Assembly (NCBI GenBank): GCA_049424145.1
Contig: JBMSSC010000036.1
Coordinates: 1 to 21,724, forward strand
Length of the DNA stretch: 21,724 nt
Source of the DNA: Bdellovibrionia bacterium
GTDB lineage: Bacteria > Bdellovibrionota > UBA1018
Reading direction: 5' to 3'
Made by a program: the position numbers and the translations under genes. Below are positions 8,468 to 18,042 of the stretch, piece by piece. The notes beneath the pieces are model-generated. The model worked only from the letters and a program-made list of their open reading frames with translations, was not told the DNA's origin and ran no database searches. How positions within the stretch are numbered: the stretch's first letter is position 1; the number at the start of each line of letters is the position of its first letter.

Positions 8468-8609
8468 TTCCTCCATCTCTTGAGATGGAGGGAAATTCCT
8501 GTTTTCAGTTCCAAAACGGAACGAGAGTCCGATCGATCTCATGAATCGAGACTTAGATTGAAACTCTGATTCATTCATCTCTTTGAGATGAGTGAATTGG
8601 AAACGGGAA
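8468..8609. other. Structured rpsO-pnp intergenic element (hairpin plus four-way junction)
   Basis: Stems at 8468-8478/8483-8493, 8496-8507/8598-8609, 8508-8512/8518-8522, 8524-8528/8563-8567 and 8569-8581/8585-8597. Confidence 0.6.
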
Positions 8610-8614
8610 AGAAT

Positions 8615-8893
8615 TTATTTTCTCAGCTCGAGGGTTTGAATGAGCTGAAAATAACGCTTTTCGTCCGAAGACTTCAGGTAGTTGAGGAGGCGGCGGCGTT
8701 GGCCAACCATCTTAAGGAGACCTCGCTTGGAGTGGTGGTCTTTAGGGTGAGTCTTAAAGTGTTCGTTGAGTTCGTTAATGTGGGTGGTAAGAAGAGCTAC
8801 TTGCACTTCAGATGAGCCCGTGTCAGCGCCGGTTCGTGCGTGTTTTTTAATGATGGCGCTTTTCTTCTCTTTTACTGCTGTTTTTCCTGTCAT
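8615..8893 (-). CDS. rpsO: 30S ribosomal protein S15
   Basis: [42 protein letters not shown], upstream of pnp. Confidence 0.98.
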   Translation of the reverse strand: MTGKTAVKEKKSAIIKKHARTGADTGSSEVQVALLTTHINELNEHFKTHPKDHHSKRGLLKMVGQRRRLLNYLKSSDEKRYFQLIQTLELRK

Positions 8894-9055
8894 GATCGTT
8901 TTACCTATGAACTGTGTTAATCTATTTTTACACTATTTATTTGGCTATGCTCACTAGCACACGCCTCAGGTTTTTGTAAAGAGTAAACTCTGTTCCATGG
9001 GGTACCTGAAGAGGAGAATCCTTGCTCCTGCCCAAAAGGGGGCTTGGGGTCCATT

Positions 9056-10162
9056 TTACGGCTTCTGCGGTTGCTGATCGAAGAGGGTTGAGCCGAGAAA
9101 GTCCCTGAGTTTCTCAATGACTTTCACTTCAATTTGCCGAGCGCGCTCCCGCGTTAATCCATAGAGGTCAGCCAGTTCTTGAAGCGTCTGGGGTTCCTCG
9201 GCCAAAAGGCGTTGTTCTAAGATTTTGCGCTCCTTGTCATTGAGCGTCTTTTTAAATTCAGGCAGGTTCTGCTCGAGAATTTTTAAAAGCTCCTGCTTGG
9301 CGAGGGTTTCATCGGCCGATTCACCCTCGGAGGCTAAGAAGTCCTGATGGGAGACGGAGCGGGTTGCGTTCGGATCCACCGGGGCATCTAAAGAGAGTTC
9401 GGCTCCTTGCCCGGAGAGGCGTTGCTCCATTTCAATGATGTCTTTTTCGCGGACATTCAGTTTTTCCGCCAGAAGTCCCGGTCCTGCAAGCAAACCCTGC
9501 GCTTCGAGTCGTTCCTTTTCTCGCATGAGGTGGTAAAAGAGCTTTTTTTGGGCCTGCGTGGTTCCGATCTTCACGAGTCTAAAATTATCCAATAAATACT
9601 TGAGGATATAGGAGCGAATCCACCAAGACGCATAATATCCTAAGCGTGCCCCCTTGGTGGGGTCGTACTTAGAGACGGCTTTCATGAGTCCGATGTTTCC
9701 TTCTTGGATCAAATCCATGAGATTGGAGTAGATTGTTCGGTATTCGAAGGCGATTTTCACCACAAGCCTGAGGTTGGCTGAGACTAAAGCCCGAGCGGCA
9801 GAGACGTCTCCTTGGTCTCGCATTCGAATCACTAGGGCGTTTTCTTCGCCCGGTTCTAAAAGAGGGTAGCGTCGAATCTCCTCCAGGTACCGCTTGAGAG
9901 GGTCCTGAGGCGTAATGGCGGTGCTCTCCAAGGAGTCGCTTTCGATCGGAAACGAGGGGGAGAGGGCAGGCAGGTGAGTCGGAAGCTCTGCTTCGGAGGG
10001 CTCATCTCCTTCCATGGAGTCTTCCGGTTCCTCGGAATCCTCGTTGAGGGAGGGGGTTGTTTCATCTAGAAGGGGATCTGCCGGGGTCGATGAAGCCTTT
10101 TTTTTGGGCATCAGAGTCGCAGATCGGGAGGTCAGAGCAGGAGGCTTAGTTTTTTGCTTCAT
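9056..10162 (-). CDS. rpoH: RNA polymerase sigma factor, sigma32/RpoH family
   Basis: ANLRLVVKIA, DLIQEGNIGLMKAV, RpoH-box-like TTQAQKKLFYHL, region 4 TRERARQIE, acidic N-terminal extension. Confidence 0.85.
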   Translation of the reverse strand: MKQKTKPPALTSRSATLMPKKKASSTPADPLLDETTPSLNEDSEEPEDSMEGDEPSEAELPTHLPALSPSFPIESDSLESTAITPQDPLKRYLEEIRRYPLLEPGEENALVIRMRDQGDVSAARALVSANLRLVVKIAFEYRTIYSNLMDLIQEGNIGLMKAVSKYDPTKGARLGYYASWWIRSYILKYLLDNFRLVKIGTTQAQKKLFYHLMREKERLEAQGLLAGPGLLAEKLNVREKDIIEMEQRLSGQGAELSLDAPVDPNATRSVSHQDFLASEGESADETLAKQELLKILEQNLPEFKKTLNDKERKILEQRLLAEEPQTLQELADLYGLTRERARQIEVKVIEKLRDFLGSTLFDQQPQKP

Positions 10163-10361
10163 AGAATTCCTGGATTTTCTATACTATTTAAGGGAGGGAC
10201 TCAAGTCGCGCTTGGAAAATGGGTCTTCCAATCGCAGGAGGAATCGCTCCAGCGGGTATCTCCGCCGCTTTACTGATCCATGAAAAAAAGAACTTGGTGT
10301 TGCATACCGAGCTTCAGGCATAAAAGAAAGACCAACAACCCAGAAGAGGAAATCAAAGACG

Positions 10362-11738
10362 ATGCCCCCAAGAAAATCTCGTGCAGTTCTCGTAAAAAAA
10401 ACGAATCCGGGTTTTAAAAAAACAGTTCTCTCCAATGGACTTACGGTGGTCTCCGAGCGATTGGAGGGTTTTAAGAGCCTCTCCTTAGGGGTTTGGGTTA
10501 AAATTGGAACTCGTCACGAATCCCCCAAGGTGGCTGGTGTTTCTCATTTTCTGGAGCATATGCTGTTTAAAGGGACGCAAAAACGCTCTGCTCTGGATAT
10601 TGCCCGTCAAGTGGATCAAGTGGGAGGTGAGTTCAATGCATTTACGGCTCGTGAGCATACGTGTTTTCACTTGCTGATGCTGCAAAAGGATTATCGACTG
10701 GGTCTGGATATCTTAAGCGACATTTTGCTGCACTCGACTTTTAAAGAAGAAGAATTTGAGCGGGAGCGCAAGGTGATTTTGCAGGAGATCTCGATGGTGG
10801 AGGAGTCTCCTGAGGAGCTGGCGTACGATATTTTTTACGAACTCGTCTACCCGAATCAGGGATTGGGCCGTCCCATTTTAGGGTCCACCGAGAGCATTGC
10901 TCAAATGAAGAGGCAGGATCTGGTTGATTTTTTCTTAAAGCACTACCGTCCGGACCAACTGGTGATTGCAGCAGCGGGGGATCTTTCACATGATGCTGTG
11001 CTGAAGTCCATTGAGCCTCTGAAGAAGGAGAGTTGGCCTGGACGTCAATCTCTCATCCGAAAAAGAGATGGGATTGAGGACAATCCTCCCTTTATGTTCA
11101 CTTCGAAGAAGCAAAAACTCTGGTGGGTGGAGCGGGATACGGAGCAGGTCCACTTAATTTGGGGAGTTCCTGGGATTCATTATGGTTCCAAAGACCGCTT
11201 TGCTGCGTTTTTGCTGAATGTTTATTTGGGGGGAGGAATGAGCTCGAGCTTGTTTCAGGAGATCCGTGAGAAAAATGGGCTTGCTTATACGGTCTACTCG
11301 AGTCTTTCCCCATTTGTGGATTCTGGTGTGTTCTCCATTTACGCGGCAACCGGGATGCAGCAAGTCCCTCTTTGCCTCAAACTGATTGAAAAGTGCATCG
11401 CTCAGATTAAGAAAAAACCATTGCCTAAAAAAGAGCTAAAAATGATTCAAGATAACTTAAAAGGCACGATTCTTCTGTCTGCTGATAGTGTGGAGTCCCG
11501 CATGTCGAGTATTGCGAAGAATGACTTGTTCTTGAATAAAGCGGTGACCTTGGATGAAGTCTGTCGACAAATTGATCAGGTCACTCCGGAGGACCTCTCT
11601 CGAGTTGCCAATCAGCTGTTTCAAGAGGATCAGAGAAGTATTTTGGCCTTAGGCCCTAAGCCTCATTCGGCAATCACCTCTCAGTTTCAGATTGATCGAC
11701 CCAAGAAGTTTATTCGGAAGTCAACGCAACTGGGCTAA
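10362..11738 (+). CDS. M16 family zinc peptidase (pitrilysin/MPP-like)
   Basis: HFLEHMLFKGT (HxxEH), NAFTAREHT, LGGGMSSSLFQEIREKNGLAY. Confidence 0.95.
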   Translation: MPPRKSRAVLVKKTNPGFKKTVLSNGLTVVSERLEGFKSLSLGVWVKIGTRHESPKVAGVSHFLEHMLFKGTQKRSALDIARQVDQVGGEFNAFTAREHTCFHLLMLQKDYRLGLDILSDILLHSTFKEEEFERERKVILQEISMVEESPEELAYDIFYELVYPNQGLGRPILGSTESIAQMKRQDLVDFFLKHYRPDQLVIAAAGDLSHDAVLKSIEPLKKESWPGRQSLIRKRDGIEDNPPFMFTSKKQKLWWVERDTEQVHLIWGVPGIHYGSKDRFAAFLLNVYLGGGMSSSLFQEIREKNGLAYTVYSSLSPFVDSGVFSIYAATGMQQVPLCLKLIEKCIAQIKKKPLPKKELKMIQDNLKGTILLSADSVESRMSSIAKNDLFLNKAVTLDEVCRQIDQVTPEDLSRVANQLFQEDQRSILALGPKPHSAITSQFQIDRPKKFIRKSTQLG

Positions 11739-12157
11739 GGTCCCCTCAAGCTGGAAATTTTGGCTTAAAAAGGGTAGCTGAGTCTGCCGGATTCACTTCT
11801 GGTCGTGGGGGAGTTTTACTCAGTGGGGCTATGGAACTCCTGTGCTCTAGCGCCGGGTGATGAAAAGGCCTATGTCTCAATGGCCATCGAAATGTGGGAG
11901 AGAAAAATTGGATCCTCTTGTGTTGGTTTGGAGGGATCAGTGACTATACCTTCGGCGTCTTGAGTCAGGCGAGAGGAGTTCTGTCCTGTTAAAGAAAACC
12001 CTGCTCAAGTTCTGCCGGCGCTTGTTTTTGGTCGCTTCTTGCTCGAATCTAACCCAACTGGGTCGTTCACAGAGCGAGCCCTGGAGAAGAACCCATCAAT
12101 GAGAATTTTTAATTAGTGATCAAGATAAAAAATAAGAGCCGATTTTTCTGATTCGTC

Positions 12158-13372
12158 CTACCAGACTTCGACTCGGGGTTCGCCTAGGGTGTTATCACAC
12201 ATGAGATCATCAGGATAAATCGGGTTATCCCATTCTAAGATGGCTAAGCCAAAGAGTCCTTGGCTGGTTAATGTTCTTAAGTAGCAATCATTAAAGCCTA
12301 GGAGGTGTCCAAACTCATGAGCAAGCGTTCTCGGTGTCGTTTTTCCTGGCCCTAGAATCAGAGCATCGTTTGAGACATGGGTGATGGGAGCTCCTGAAGT
12401 GAGAATCAGGTGGTGTGCAGGGAATTTTTTGAGGTGGACTTTTAAGTCTTCTTTTTTCTGAGCAAACGAGGCGTTCTTTTTCACAAACGTCCATTGAATG
12501 TGAAAGCTCACCTGATGGTGCTTGGCCCAGGAGGAGCCATTCCAATGCGTGTCCACGGCACCTTCAAATTCCTTTAAAAATCTTTTGTTTTGAATGTCAG
12601 TGGCGATGGGAATGGAGATGATCCCAGCTGGGGTGTCGTTTAGATTCTCAGGTAGAAAGCTTCGGTGAAGGACTCTGCGGGGCTTTAAGAGGTTTTTTTG
12701 AGAAGGGTTGGAATCCTCCTTGCTTTGAAAAAAATATCGAGTGAGATCGGTAGGGGACTCAGAGTCTTTTTGAAAGAGGGATAGAATGAAGCTTTTTAGA
12801 GAGGCGCGCTTGGGTTTTAAAAGAGGGATCCACTGATCCAGGTAGCGGACGGATTGAGAGAGTTGAATGGACTGAAGGCTGAGGGGGTTCCACTGTTCCA
12901 GGAGTGCTTCGGGGTGTTGAGTTTGAAGGAGTTTTTTTTTGAGTTCACGAGCGTTTTTTAGAAGCTGTTTTAACGTCCTTAAGTTTTGAAACGAGGAGAA
13001 GCGTTGGGGTCGATTAATGGGGAGAGGAAAAATGGCCCCATGGCCTTGATCGACGAAGATCTCAGGGAGCTCCCCGTAGGTACCCTCCAGTGCCGTCTCT
13101 GCTTTTTTGGGCTGGGAGATCTCTTCGTTAATGAGCTTCTTTTTTTTTAACTCCAAGAAAAGCGCCGTGATTTGCTGATGCTCATTTTGGAACTCCCGGT
13201 GAAGCACCTCCACTTGGGCTCGCCAAAAGGCCTCCGTCTGCATGGAAAACTGCGTTGGAGGGCTCTGGAGTCGTTCCACGGGGCGGTTTTCCACACAGGC
13301 GTGAAAGAGGATTCCTAAAAAACTGAGGGACAGAGTGAGGGTGACACTCCATCCCTGCTGAAAGGAGAACAC
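12158..13372 (-). CDS. Hypothetical zincin-like metallopeptidase, possible lipoprotein
   Basis: HEFGHLLGFND (HExxHxxGxxD, 12287-12319), downstream Met-turn-like DDLMC, hydrophobic N-terminus ending LFHAC, GTG start. Confidence 0.7.
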   Translation of the reverse strand: MFSFQQGWSVTLTLSLSFLGILFHACVENRPVERLQSPPTQFSMQTEAFWRAQVEVLHREFQNEHQQITALFLELKKKKLINEEISQPKKAETALEGTYGELPEIFVDQGHGAIFPLPINRPQRFSSFQNLRTLKQLLKNARELKKKLLQTQHPEALLEQWNPLSLQSIQLSQSVRYLDQWIPLLKPKRASLKSFILSLFQKDSESPTDLTRYFFQSKEDSNPSQKNLLKPRRVLHRSFLPENLNDTPAGIISIPIATDIQNKRFLKEFEGAVDTHWNGSSWAKHHQVSFHIQWTFVKKNASFAQKKEDLKVHLKKFPAHHLILTSGAPITHVSNDALILGPGKTTPRTLAHEFGHLLGFNDCYLRTLTSQGLFGLAILEWDNPIYPDDLMCDNTLGEPRVEVW

Positions 13373-13376
13373 GGGA

Positions 13377-14150
13377 TTAATTTTGTTTCTTCTTGATCAC
13401 CAAGAGAACTCCTACTCCCAGGACTATGAGGATAAACACGGGCAAGGGCAGAGGGAGGCTATCTTTGGGCTTAGGCTGAGGCTGAGCGATCTCTTGAGCA
13501 GGAGCACCGCCTTGAATTTGGGTTCCGGGGAAGATGGAGTCACCGCTGAGAGTGGTAGGGATCTGGGTGTTTTGAAAGAGGTTTCCAGATTGGGCTCCGA
13601 CGTTGATGCCGCCAGTTTTTCGGAAGGCCTTTAAGGTTTTCACCATGTTCTCAAAGTCATTTAAGTAGTCCTGGTATTTGGCCTTACTGATGGAGTAGGT
13701 CACTAGGATGCCAATGTCCTGTTTGACGGTGGCTAAGTAGCGAGTGTAAAAACCAGGGATTTCAGATTCCAGGTGAAGAGAATCCACCCAGGGCTGTGAG
13801 TTTAGGTTGATGGTTTTTGCGTACTTGGGATCCGATTTCACTGGCTTGCCTTGGACGCTGGTGAAGTTTTTAGCACTTTGTAAGTAATTGAGGTACTGAT
13901 CTAAACTGTCTTGATCGCCCTTGAGTTTTGCAGCAAGAACGATGATGGCTTCTTTTTTCTTGCTCTCATTAGTGCTTTGGCAAACCCATTCTGCGCCCTC
14001 AAGATTGCATTGCCACTGAGGAGGAAGTTCAAACTCGGTGAACTGATTGGCAAATTTAGCCGCATAGCTTGGTGTGTGCCCCAGAAGAAGAAGGCCTGTG
14101 AAAAGAGGGATGGTTCTTAGGGTCATCCATTTTTTTAGATCGATTTTCAT
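13377..14150 (-). CDS. Hypothetical exported protein with C-terminal membrane anchor
   Basis: Signal peptide (..SYA-AK), FELPPQWQC..WVC, Pro/Gln linker, TM followed by KKKQN, strong AAGGAGG SD. Confidence 0.85.
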   Translation of the reverse strand: MKIDLKKWMTLRTIPLFTGLLLLGHTPSYAAKFANQFTEFELPPQWQCNLEGAEWVCQSTNESKKKEAIIVLAAKLKGDQDSLDQYLNYLQSAKNFTSVQGKPVKSDPKYAKTINLNSQPWVDSLHLESEIPGFYTRYLATVKQDIGILVTYSISKAKYQDYLNDFENMVKTLKAFRKTGGINVGAQSGNLFQNTQIPTTLSGDSIFPGTQIQGGAPAQEIAQPQPKPKDSLPLPLPVFILIVLGVGVLLVIKKKQN

Positions 14151-14186
14151 TCTTCCTCCTTCAAAACGTCCTAATCCATTGAAAAT

Positions 14187-15464
14187 TTAGGGAATCAAGC
14201 GCCGAACAATGAGTCCTTCTTCAACAGGTGTGTCTTGGTAATACTCCACGATTTCAAGAGCAGCTTCTTCTGCTTTGATATGAGTGACGCGGGCTTGGGC
14301 AATGATTTCTTTGGCTTTTTCCGTCATTTTTGCGTTAAAAATATCGAAAACGTCATTTACCTTTATTCCATCTTGACTGCCTTTATTGATTTTGACAAGA
14401 TTTAATCTACTATTTATTTTTAATATAGTAGCTTCCATGGAATAGGTTTGAAATCGCGCTCCTAGGGTGTCCTCGGGGGCGGGGGGGTCGTCTTGACGAT
14501 CCTCTTCGATCTGCTCATTTCTGCTCAGCACGGTTTCACCCAGGCGGAATTGCAGAGTTAAGCCGGCGAGTATCCCATTGGGAGCGTTCTGACCCCAAAG
14601 GCTTGGGGTGAAAAACGCCAGAACTTGGGCTCTGGGGCTAAAACGGTAGCCTAGGCGAGCCATCAAATTCAGTAGGGATGCGTTTTGGCCTCCCACGACG
14701 TACGTTCCCCCTAAGGGTAAGCTGGAGTGAACGCTGCCGCTTGTGCTTGAGCTGTCCGTCCTGAGAGAGAAAAAGCCTGAGACCCCCAATTCAGAGAGAA
14801 ATCCATGGTTTTGAGGGTGAAGCTTAAGAAGGACGGAAAAAGGAAGAGCTGAGGAATAGCCTGCAGTTCGGTAGGTGTAGCCTGCGCCCAGAGTTGCACT
14901 GAGTTTGAGGTGAGAGTTCTCCGTGAGGCTCCAGTGAGAGAACACGCCAGAGGTGATGTCAATGGACTCATCGCCCAGGTAGGGTTTTGAACTCGAAAGC
15001 GAGTTTTTATTTATGTATCCTGGAAAGTCCACCTGAGCTTGAAAATCCAAGATGAAATCGGATTGAGGACGAGTGCCGATGAGGCGCCAGCTTAAGCCTG
15101 CGCTTTGATCGGCCAGGCCATAGTTCATCCCACTGATGGAATCGCTGTCTTGGTTGATGTAGGCCAAAGAAGCTCGGCCAAAAAACCCAAACGATCGACT
15201 CCATTGATAGCTGAGGCTGAGATCGCCTTGAGCTCGAGCGTAGTTTCTTAGTTCCTGGAACCTAAAAACGGAGCCTGCGTGATCGAAGTTGGATTGGGTC
15301 GTGTAGGTATGAGATGTGAAACTCAGTTGAGCTTTGGAGGTTGGAAACTGGTCTTCCCAAAAGTGAAGCGTGAAATCGGCACGAGCCGTTGAATGAAGGG
15401 AAAAAAAAGCCAGGCCACTTAAAATCCCGACGAGACGCGACCTGGAGGTGATGGTTTGGGGCAT
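14187..15464 (-). CDS. Hypothetical outer-membrane beta-barrel protein with C-terminal FlgT-C-like small domain
   Basis: Signal peptide (..ARA-D), amphipathic strands ending LTLQFRLG, acidic linker, then VKINKGSQDGIKVNDVF, a pattern resembling the FlgT C-terminal domain. Confidence 0.7.
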   Translation of the reverse strand: MPQTITSRSRLVGILSGLAFFSLHSTARADFTLHFWEDQFPTSKAQLSFTSHTYTTQSNFDHAGSVFRFQELRNYARAQGDLSLSYQWSRSFGFFGRASLAYINQDSDSISGMNYGLADQSAGLSWRLIGTRPQSDFILDFQAQVDFPGYINKNSLSSSKPYLGDESIDITSGVFSHWSLTENSHLKLSATLGAGYTYRTAGYSSALPFSVLLKLHPQNHGFLSELGVSGFFSLRTDSSSTSGSVHSSLPLGGTYVVGGQNASLLNLMARLGYRFSPRAQVLAFFTPSLWGQNAPNGILAGLTLQFRLGETVLSRNEQIEEDRQDDPPAPEDTLGARFQTYSMEATILKINSRLNLVKINKGSQDGIKVNDVFDIFNAKMTEKAKEIIAQARVTHIKAEEAALEIVEYYQDTPVEEGLIVRRLIP

Positions 15465-15470
15465 GAGGGT

Positions 15471-15499
15471 AGGTTGCCATAACTTTTTTGTTCGTCCAA
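15471..15499 (-). promoter_or_regulatory. sigma70-type leaderless promoter TTGGAC-N17-CAACCT
   Basis: -35 at 15499-15494, TGG extension, -10 at 15476-15471, 6 nt to ATG 15464, no SD. Confidence 0.5.
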
Positions 15500-15747
15500 A
15501 TATTAATGGAGGCAGGAGAAGGTCCAGGGGGGGGATCCAAAGCTTGAGAGGTCGGGTGATCAGCCCGGTGGGTTTCAGAATGAAAGGGTTTGAGTTTTCG
15601 ATGCCTCAAACGCGGGCTTCCTCTCTTGGAATCCTCATCCTCCTGTTTAAAAGTTTGAGTCCATTGGGCAGGAGGCTTCCACTTCATTCGGTAATTTAAA
15701 ACGGACTCTTGCGTCTGCCTTTGGTTCGGGTGTAGTTTGTTCGGTCT

Positions 15748-18042
15748 ATGGATCTATACAAGCAGTCGTTGGAATATCATGCCCGGGGTCGTAAAGGAAA
15801 AATCGAGGTGATCCCTTCTAAGCCAGTCTCCACTCAGCAGGATCTCTCCTTGGCTTACTCTCCAGGCGTGGCTGAACCCTGTCGAATGATTGCAGAGAAA
15901 GAGGAGCTCAGCTACGAGTACACGGCCAAAGGGAATCTGGTTGCGGTCCTCTCCAATGGAACGGCTGTTTTAGGGTTAGGCGATATTGGGCCGTCAGCGG
16001 CTAAGCCCGTGATGGAAGGCAAAGGGGTTTTATTCAAAAAGTTTGCGGATATTGATGTTTTTGACATTGAGTTGAACGCCAAGAGTCCCGAGGACGTCGT
16101 GCGAGCCTGTGAGATGCTTGAGCCCACTTTTGGGGGGATTAACCTCGAGGATATTAAGGCTCCGGAGTGCTTTTACATTGAAGAGGAACTCAAGAAGCGC
16201 CTTAAAATTCCGGTCTTTCATGATGATCAGCATGGAACTGCAGTGATCAGTGGGGCTGCCTTTTTAAATGCCTTAGAGATCGTGGGAAAAGACATCAAAA
16301 AGGTTCGCGTTGTGTTTTGCGGCGGGGGGGCTGCGGCGATTGCCTGCGCTCACTTGTACTTAAGCCTAGGGGTTCGTAAAGAGAATATTCTCATGGCGGA
16401 CTCCAAAGGGGTCATTTATCGAGGCCGCAAAGAGGGGATGAACCCTTATAAAGAGCGCTTTGCCGTGGAGACGAATTTAAGGACCATTGCTCAGGCCTTA
16501 GAGGGGGCGGATGCTTTTGTCGGGGTTTCGGTGAAAGATGGCATCACCGTGGACATGGTGAAGACGATGGCAAAAGATCCCATCATCTTTGCGATGGCCA
16601 ATCCGGATCCCGAAGTCTTGCCTGAAGAGGTTTTAAAGGTGAGGCCAGATGCCTTGATGGCTACGGGCCGCTCGGATTATCCGAATCAAGTGAACAACGT
16701 GCTTGGGTTCCCGTTTATTTTTCGAGGGGCCTTGGACACGATGGCGACAGCAATCAATGAAGAAATGAAGATGGCCGCTGTTCGGGCGTTGGCTCAATTG
16801 GCCAAGCAGGATGTGCCGGAGAGTGTCTCGCGTGCTTATGGTGGGCAGAAGTTTCGTTTTGGACGAGACTACCTGATTCCTAAGCCCTTTGATCGCAGGG
16901 CCTTGCTTTGGGTGGCTCCGGCCGTGGCTGAGGCGGCCATGCAATCGGGGGTGGCCAGAAAACGAATTGATCTGGATGAGTACCGAGAGAGCTTAGAGCG
17001 TTTATTGGGCTCAACCTATACGATCATGCGCGGGATTAAAAACCGGGTGAAGACGGGTGTTCATTCCACTCGCTCAAAGGCCACCATTGTGCTTCCAGAA
17101 GGGGAGAATCTTAAGATCCTTCGTGCTGCCATCATGATGAGGGAAGAAGGGATTGCTGAGCCGATCTTGCTGGGAGCGGAGCAGAAGATTCAAAAAATCT
17201 TAGCCGAACATGAACTCACGGGCGAGCTTCGGGGAGTGAAGATTGTGCGCCCCTCCACCAGTGAGCACTTCAATGAATACGCTCAGCGGTTTTTTGAGGC
17301 CCGCAAAAGAAAAGGCGTCACCCTGGCCATGGCTCAGACCTTCATGAAGCAGAACAACTACTTTGGGGCCATGATGGTGCAGATGGGGCATGCCGATGGG
17401 CTCCTCAATGGGATTGCCCAAAGTTACCCAGAAACGCTCAGGCCCGCAATTCAAGTCATTGGAGTCAAGCCTGGATCGCGGTTGGCTGGGATTTATATGA
17501 TGATTTTTAAGGGCCGAGTGCTTTGGTTTGCCGATACCACGGTCAACATTCAGCCATCGGCTGAGGAGTTAGCCGATATCGCAATTCAAACGGCCAGCCT
17601 CGCCAGTCAGTTCATGGTTCAAGAGCCTAAGGTGGCCATGCTGTCGTTTTCAAATTTTGGGTCGACGAATCATGAGTTAGCCAGAAAGGTGAATCAAGCG
17701 GTGGAGATCGTCAAGCAGCGCCAACCCTCCCTGATCATTGATGGTGAAATGCAGGCTGATACGGCCTTGAAGCCTGAGATCTCTGAAGAAAGCTTCCCCT
17801 TTAATCAAGTGGCGGGAGATGCCAATATCTTGATCTTCCCTGATCTTCAATCCGGTAACATTGCTTATAAACTCCTCTCGAAACTGGGTTCGGCCGAGGC
17901 CATTGGTCCGATCCTTGTGGGGATGAATAAGCCTGTCTTTGTTCTGCAGCAGAATTCGGATGTGAACGAGATTGTGAATATGGCCGCTATTACGGCGATG
18001 GAGATTCACTTAAGGAAGGAAGGAAAAAATGTCCAAGCCTAA
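15748..18042 (+). CDS. maeB: NADP-dependent malic enzyme fused to a phosphotransacetylase-like domain
   Basis: [47 protein letters not shown]-terminal PTA-like domain with DGEMQAD and GPILVGM. Confidence 0.97.
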   Translation: MDLYKQSLEYHARGRKGKIEVIPSKPVSTQQDLSLAYSPGVAEPCRMIAEKEELSYEYTAKGNLVAVLSNGTAVLGLGDIGPSAAKPVMEGKGVLFKKFADIDVFDIELNAKSPEDVVRACEMLEPTFGGINLEDIKAPECFYIEEELKKRLKIPVFHDDQHGTAVISGAAFLNALEIVGKDIKKVRVVFCGGGAAAIACAHLYLSLGVRKENILMADSKGVIYRGRKEGMNPYKERFAVETNLRTIAQALEGADAFVGVSVKDGITVDMVKTMAKDPIIFAMANPDPEVLPEEVLKVRPDALMATGRSDYPNQVNNVLGFPFIFRGALDTMATAINEEMKMAAVRALAQLAKQDVPESVSRAYGGQKFRFGRDYLIPKPFDRRALLWVAPAVAEAAMQSGVARKRIDLDEYRESLERLLGSTYTIMRGIKNRVKTGVHSTRSKATIVLPEGENLKILRAAIMMREEGIAEPILLGAEQKIQKILAEHELTGELRGVKIVRPSTSEHFNEYAQRFFEARKRKGVTLAMAQTFMKQNNYFGAMMVQMGHADGLLNGIAQSYPETLRPAIQVIGVKPGSRLAGIYMMIFKGRVLWFADTTVNIQPSAEELADIAIQTASLASQFMVQEPKVAMLSFSNFGSTNHELARKVNQAVEIVKQRQPSLIIDGEMQADTALKPEISEESFPFNQVAGDANILIFPDLQSGNIAYKLLSKLGSAEAIGPILVGMNKPVFVLQQNSDVNEIVNMAAITAMEIHLRKEGKNVQA

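Noticed and set aside
11857..11893. Hammerhead-like GUGAUGA...CGAAA
   Set aside because: The core should be CUGAUGA, and stems I and III with an NUH site cannot be built.
11778..11963. ~60-codon open frame on the + strand in the intergenic gap
   Set aside because: No convincing start or SD and no protein-like features. A small protein cannot be fully excluded.
12932..13148. Two A9 tracts (coding strand) in the zincin gene as phase-variation sites
   Set aside because: They encode Lys runs, the frame is intact, and A/T runs of 7-9 are frequent in this window.
15262..15699. ORFs 15262-15687 (-) and 15448-15699 (+)
   Set aside because: They overlap the barrel gene start and promoter, and have no recognisable motif or SD.
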